From an uncultured delta proteobacterium (GTDB lineage Bacteria > Desulfobacterota > Desulfobacteria > Desulfobacterales > UBA11574): 64,000 nucleotides of DNA. How positions within the stretch are numbered: the first letter of the stretch is position 1; every line of letters begins with the position of its first letter. The notes below the pieces were generated by a model, which made no database searches, was not told the DNA's origin, and saw only the letters and a list, made by a program, of their open reading frames with translations. Made by a program: the position numbers and the translations under genes. The stretch is from assembly GCA_963706295.1 (NCBI GenBank), contig CAVPLW010000022.1, positions 46,437 through 110,436 on the forward strand, in the 5' to 3' direction. This document shows, piece after piece, positions 62,264 to 64,000 of the stretch.

Positions 62264-64000
62264 AATCTTTTACAAAGGCAAGTTCTTCACTACGCGTTTT
62301 AATACGACCATTTAATTTACCATCAAGAACAGCCTCCAGGATTTCACGGTAAATCGGACCGGGTTCGAGGCCGAGTTTTTTCAGATCTTTCCCTTTTATC
62401 GACGTCTCGATGTGTCTGAGCTGTGTAAAGTAATTGGAGATGGATCGTTTTAGCGCTTCATTTTTCGTTGCTGCCATCATATAGAGAATCAGCTCGATCT
62501 TGAAAACGGAAATTCCCCTGTAAATGGTACTGTTTTTTGCGGGAAGATTTCGTTCCATCCATGAGATGAACCTGTCCGCCTCGAAGCGTTCCTTGCAAAA
62601 GATGCTCCTATGTCTCGGCGCGATTTCAAACCGCTTACAGATTTCACTGACGGTCTCTTTGTCACAGGATCTTAACAGGGCGAGAAAGTAGACGCTCCAT
62701 TTCATATAGGGTTCTTCAAGAAAAAGCAAGTCGTGCCAAGATAGCACCTTTTTAACCGAATTGAATAATGATATCAGATCATTATTCAATATTATGGAAG
62801 GGTGAATAACATGAAGGAGGTGATATTCATTCATCCTTGAAATGGCGAATAAAGGATTTTCTTCTTCGAGAATCAGACGCAGCTCGGCAAAGACCCTTCT
62901 TCCGCTGAGCCGTTTGAAAAAACCCATTTTTACAGCATTTTCGATCAATCTTGAAGTCAGTTTTCCGATTGAAAAGCCGAAACGCTGTTCGAACCTGATG
63001 GCACGGAAAACCCGGGTTGGATCTTCCACAAAACTTAAATTGTGCAAAACTCTGATGTTTTTTTCTTTAAGATCTTTCTGGGCCGAAAAAAAATCGATTA
63101 ACAGGCCGAACCTATCGGGGTTAAGCTGGATGGCCAATGTATTTATGGTGAAGTCTCGCCGATAAAGGTCTAGTTTTATTGAACTCATTTCAACTGTAGG
63201 AAGCGCTGCCGGGAATTTGTAATATTCCATTCTGGCGGAAGCTACATCGATTTTAAAACCGTCCGGGAATATAATTACAGCAGTACCGAATTTTGCGTGG
63301 GAATGAATACGGGCACCTACGATTTTCGCATATTTTTTCGCAAATTCGATACCGTCTCCTTCAATGACAATATCGATGTCTTCATTATTCCGATACAAAA
63401 ACAGGTCGCGCACGAATCCGCCGACAACATAAGCGCCATAACCGGTTTCCTCAGCTTTTTCTCCGATGGTTTTAAGGATATCAATAATTCGCGGTGTATG
63501 ACGTTCTTTCATAAACTTGAGGATGTTTCTGGTTCTTGCGTGGACGTGTTCCTTCAACAAATCAGGTGAATCTGAATCCGTGTGCCTGGATTGCCGCACC
63601 AGAATATTGAGCAGATCGGTTCGGGTAATCACACCTGAAATGATATCTTTCTCGATAACAGGAAGGATACGCTGTTTATTTTCGATAATTTTTTCCTGTA
63701 TTTCGGCTAGCTCGGAATCGGATTCAACAGATGCCATTTCGGTTGTCATATACTCTTTTATGGGAATGTGATCTAACCGGTGATACATGGCCTTTTCGAT
63801 AATCTGTCGGGTTATAAAACCCTGAAGATTTTCTTTGCCATTATTTTTTTGGGTAACCAAAAGTGCATTGATGTTATAACGGGTAAGAAGGTTTCCGGCG
63901 TCTCTACAGGAAACGTTTTCATCGACCGTGATAGCCGGCGATGACATGAGATCTTTTGCCCGACTACGAGATTTGATTTTACTGTAAAGGACTTCTATCA
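62253..64000 (-). CDS. CBS-domain protein fused to a poly(A) polymerase / tRNA nucleotidyltransferase (CCA-adding) family domain; the 5' end probably lies beyond the right edge
   Basis: The CBS pair is followed by YVVGGFVRDLFLYRNNEDIDIVIEGDG (GGxVRD...DxD nucleotidyltransferase head). The reading frame stays open upstream of the track start (63947) to the window end (…IEVLYSKIKSRSRAKDL-MSSPAITV). Confidence 0.85.
   Translation of the reverse strand, partial: IEVLYSKIKSRSRAKDLMSSPAITVDENVSCRDAGNLLTRYNINALLVTQKNNGKENLQGFITRQIIEKAMYHRLDHIPIKEYMTTEMASVESDSELAEIQEKIIENKQRILPVIEKDIISGVITRTDLLNILVRQSRHTDSDSPDLLKEHVHARTRNILKFMKERHTPRIIDILKTIGEKAEETGYGAYVVGGFVRDLFLYRNNEDIDIVIEGDGIEFAKKYAKIVGARIHSHAKFGTAVIIFPDGFKIDVASARMEYYKFPAALPTVEMSSIKLDLYRRDFTINTLAIQLNPDRFGLLIDFFSAQKDLKEKNIRVLHNLSFVEDPTRVFRAIRFEQRFGFSIGKLTSRLIENAVKMGFFKRLSGRRVFAELRLILEEENPLFAISRMNEYHLLHVIHPSIILNNDLISLFNSVKKVLSWHDLLFLEEPYMKWSVYFLALLRSCDKETVSEICKRFEIAPRHRSIFCKERFEADRFISWMERNLPAKNSTIYRGISVFKIELILYMMAATKNEALKRSISNYFTQLRHIETSIKGKDLKKLGLEPGPIYREILEAVLDGKLNGRIKTRSEELAFVKDYVQ

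Noticed and set aside
1-64000. Mobile elements, prophage, integrases, toxin-antitoxin pairs or defence-system genes.
   Set aside because: I read all ORF translations and found no transposase DDE/HUH motifs, tyrosine or serine recombinase motifs, phage structural proteins, Cas proteins, restriction-modification genes or other defence hallmarks. Only short non-coding repeats were seen.

Overview
64-kb chromosomal segment. Gene content suggests (inference only) an anaerobic Desulfobacterota / Desulfobacteraceae-like organism: Ni-CODH cooS, NifX-like and DUF362 proteins, three sigma-54 enhancer-binding proteins, selenoprotein usage and a Sat-CysC fusion. I support about 60 protein-coding genes, one tRNA-Val(CAC), several -24/-12 promoters with upstream palindromes or repeats, a few intrinsic terminators and several dispersed intergenic repeat families. 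I found no IS element, prophage, integrase or CRISPR array.

Gene blocks, left to right:
- livM-livH-livK-like uptake genes plus gabT, expressed from a perfect sigma-54 promoter, with the cognate activator next to it
- aroK, a SPOR-NlpC/P60 lipoprotein, ubiB, ubiE and methyltransferases
- a PAS sigma-54 activator followed by a sigma-54-driven NifX-like/cooS operon
- a PAS-PAS-GAF sigma-54 activator followed by a GC-richer five-gene module: two extended family III CoA-transferase paralogues plus three small Cys/Trp-rich proteins I cannot assign to any family. This is my best candidate for an undescribed system.
- a UbiA-family prenyltransferase and a polar amino acid ABC transporter
- an alpha/beta hydrolase with sucA-sucB-lpdA
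- a flavoprotein disulfide reductase, an AhpD-like protein and arsS, with an in-frame TGA (probable selenocysteine) in arsS
- acnA, ferritin-like proteins and a triple-repeat Cys/His mini-protein next to a B12-radical SAM gene
- hutU with a cyclodeaminase, HU, sat-cysC, cysQ, ihfB, scpAB, trpS, a site-2 protease and a CBS/poly(A)-polymerase-family gene

Four genes (arsS, acnA, the Cys-rich mini-protein, cysQ) are each interrupted by a +1 frame change. The one in cysQ is a perfect 7-bp tandem duplication. All calls rest on reading the sequence and the ORF translations; no database search was possible.
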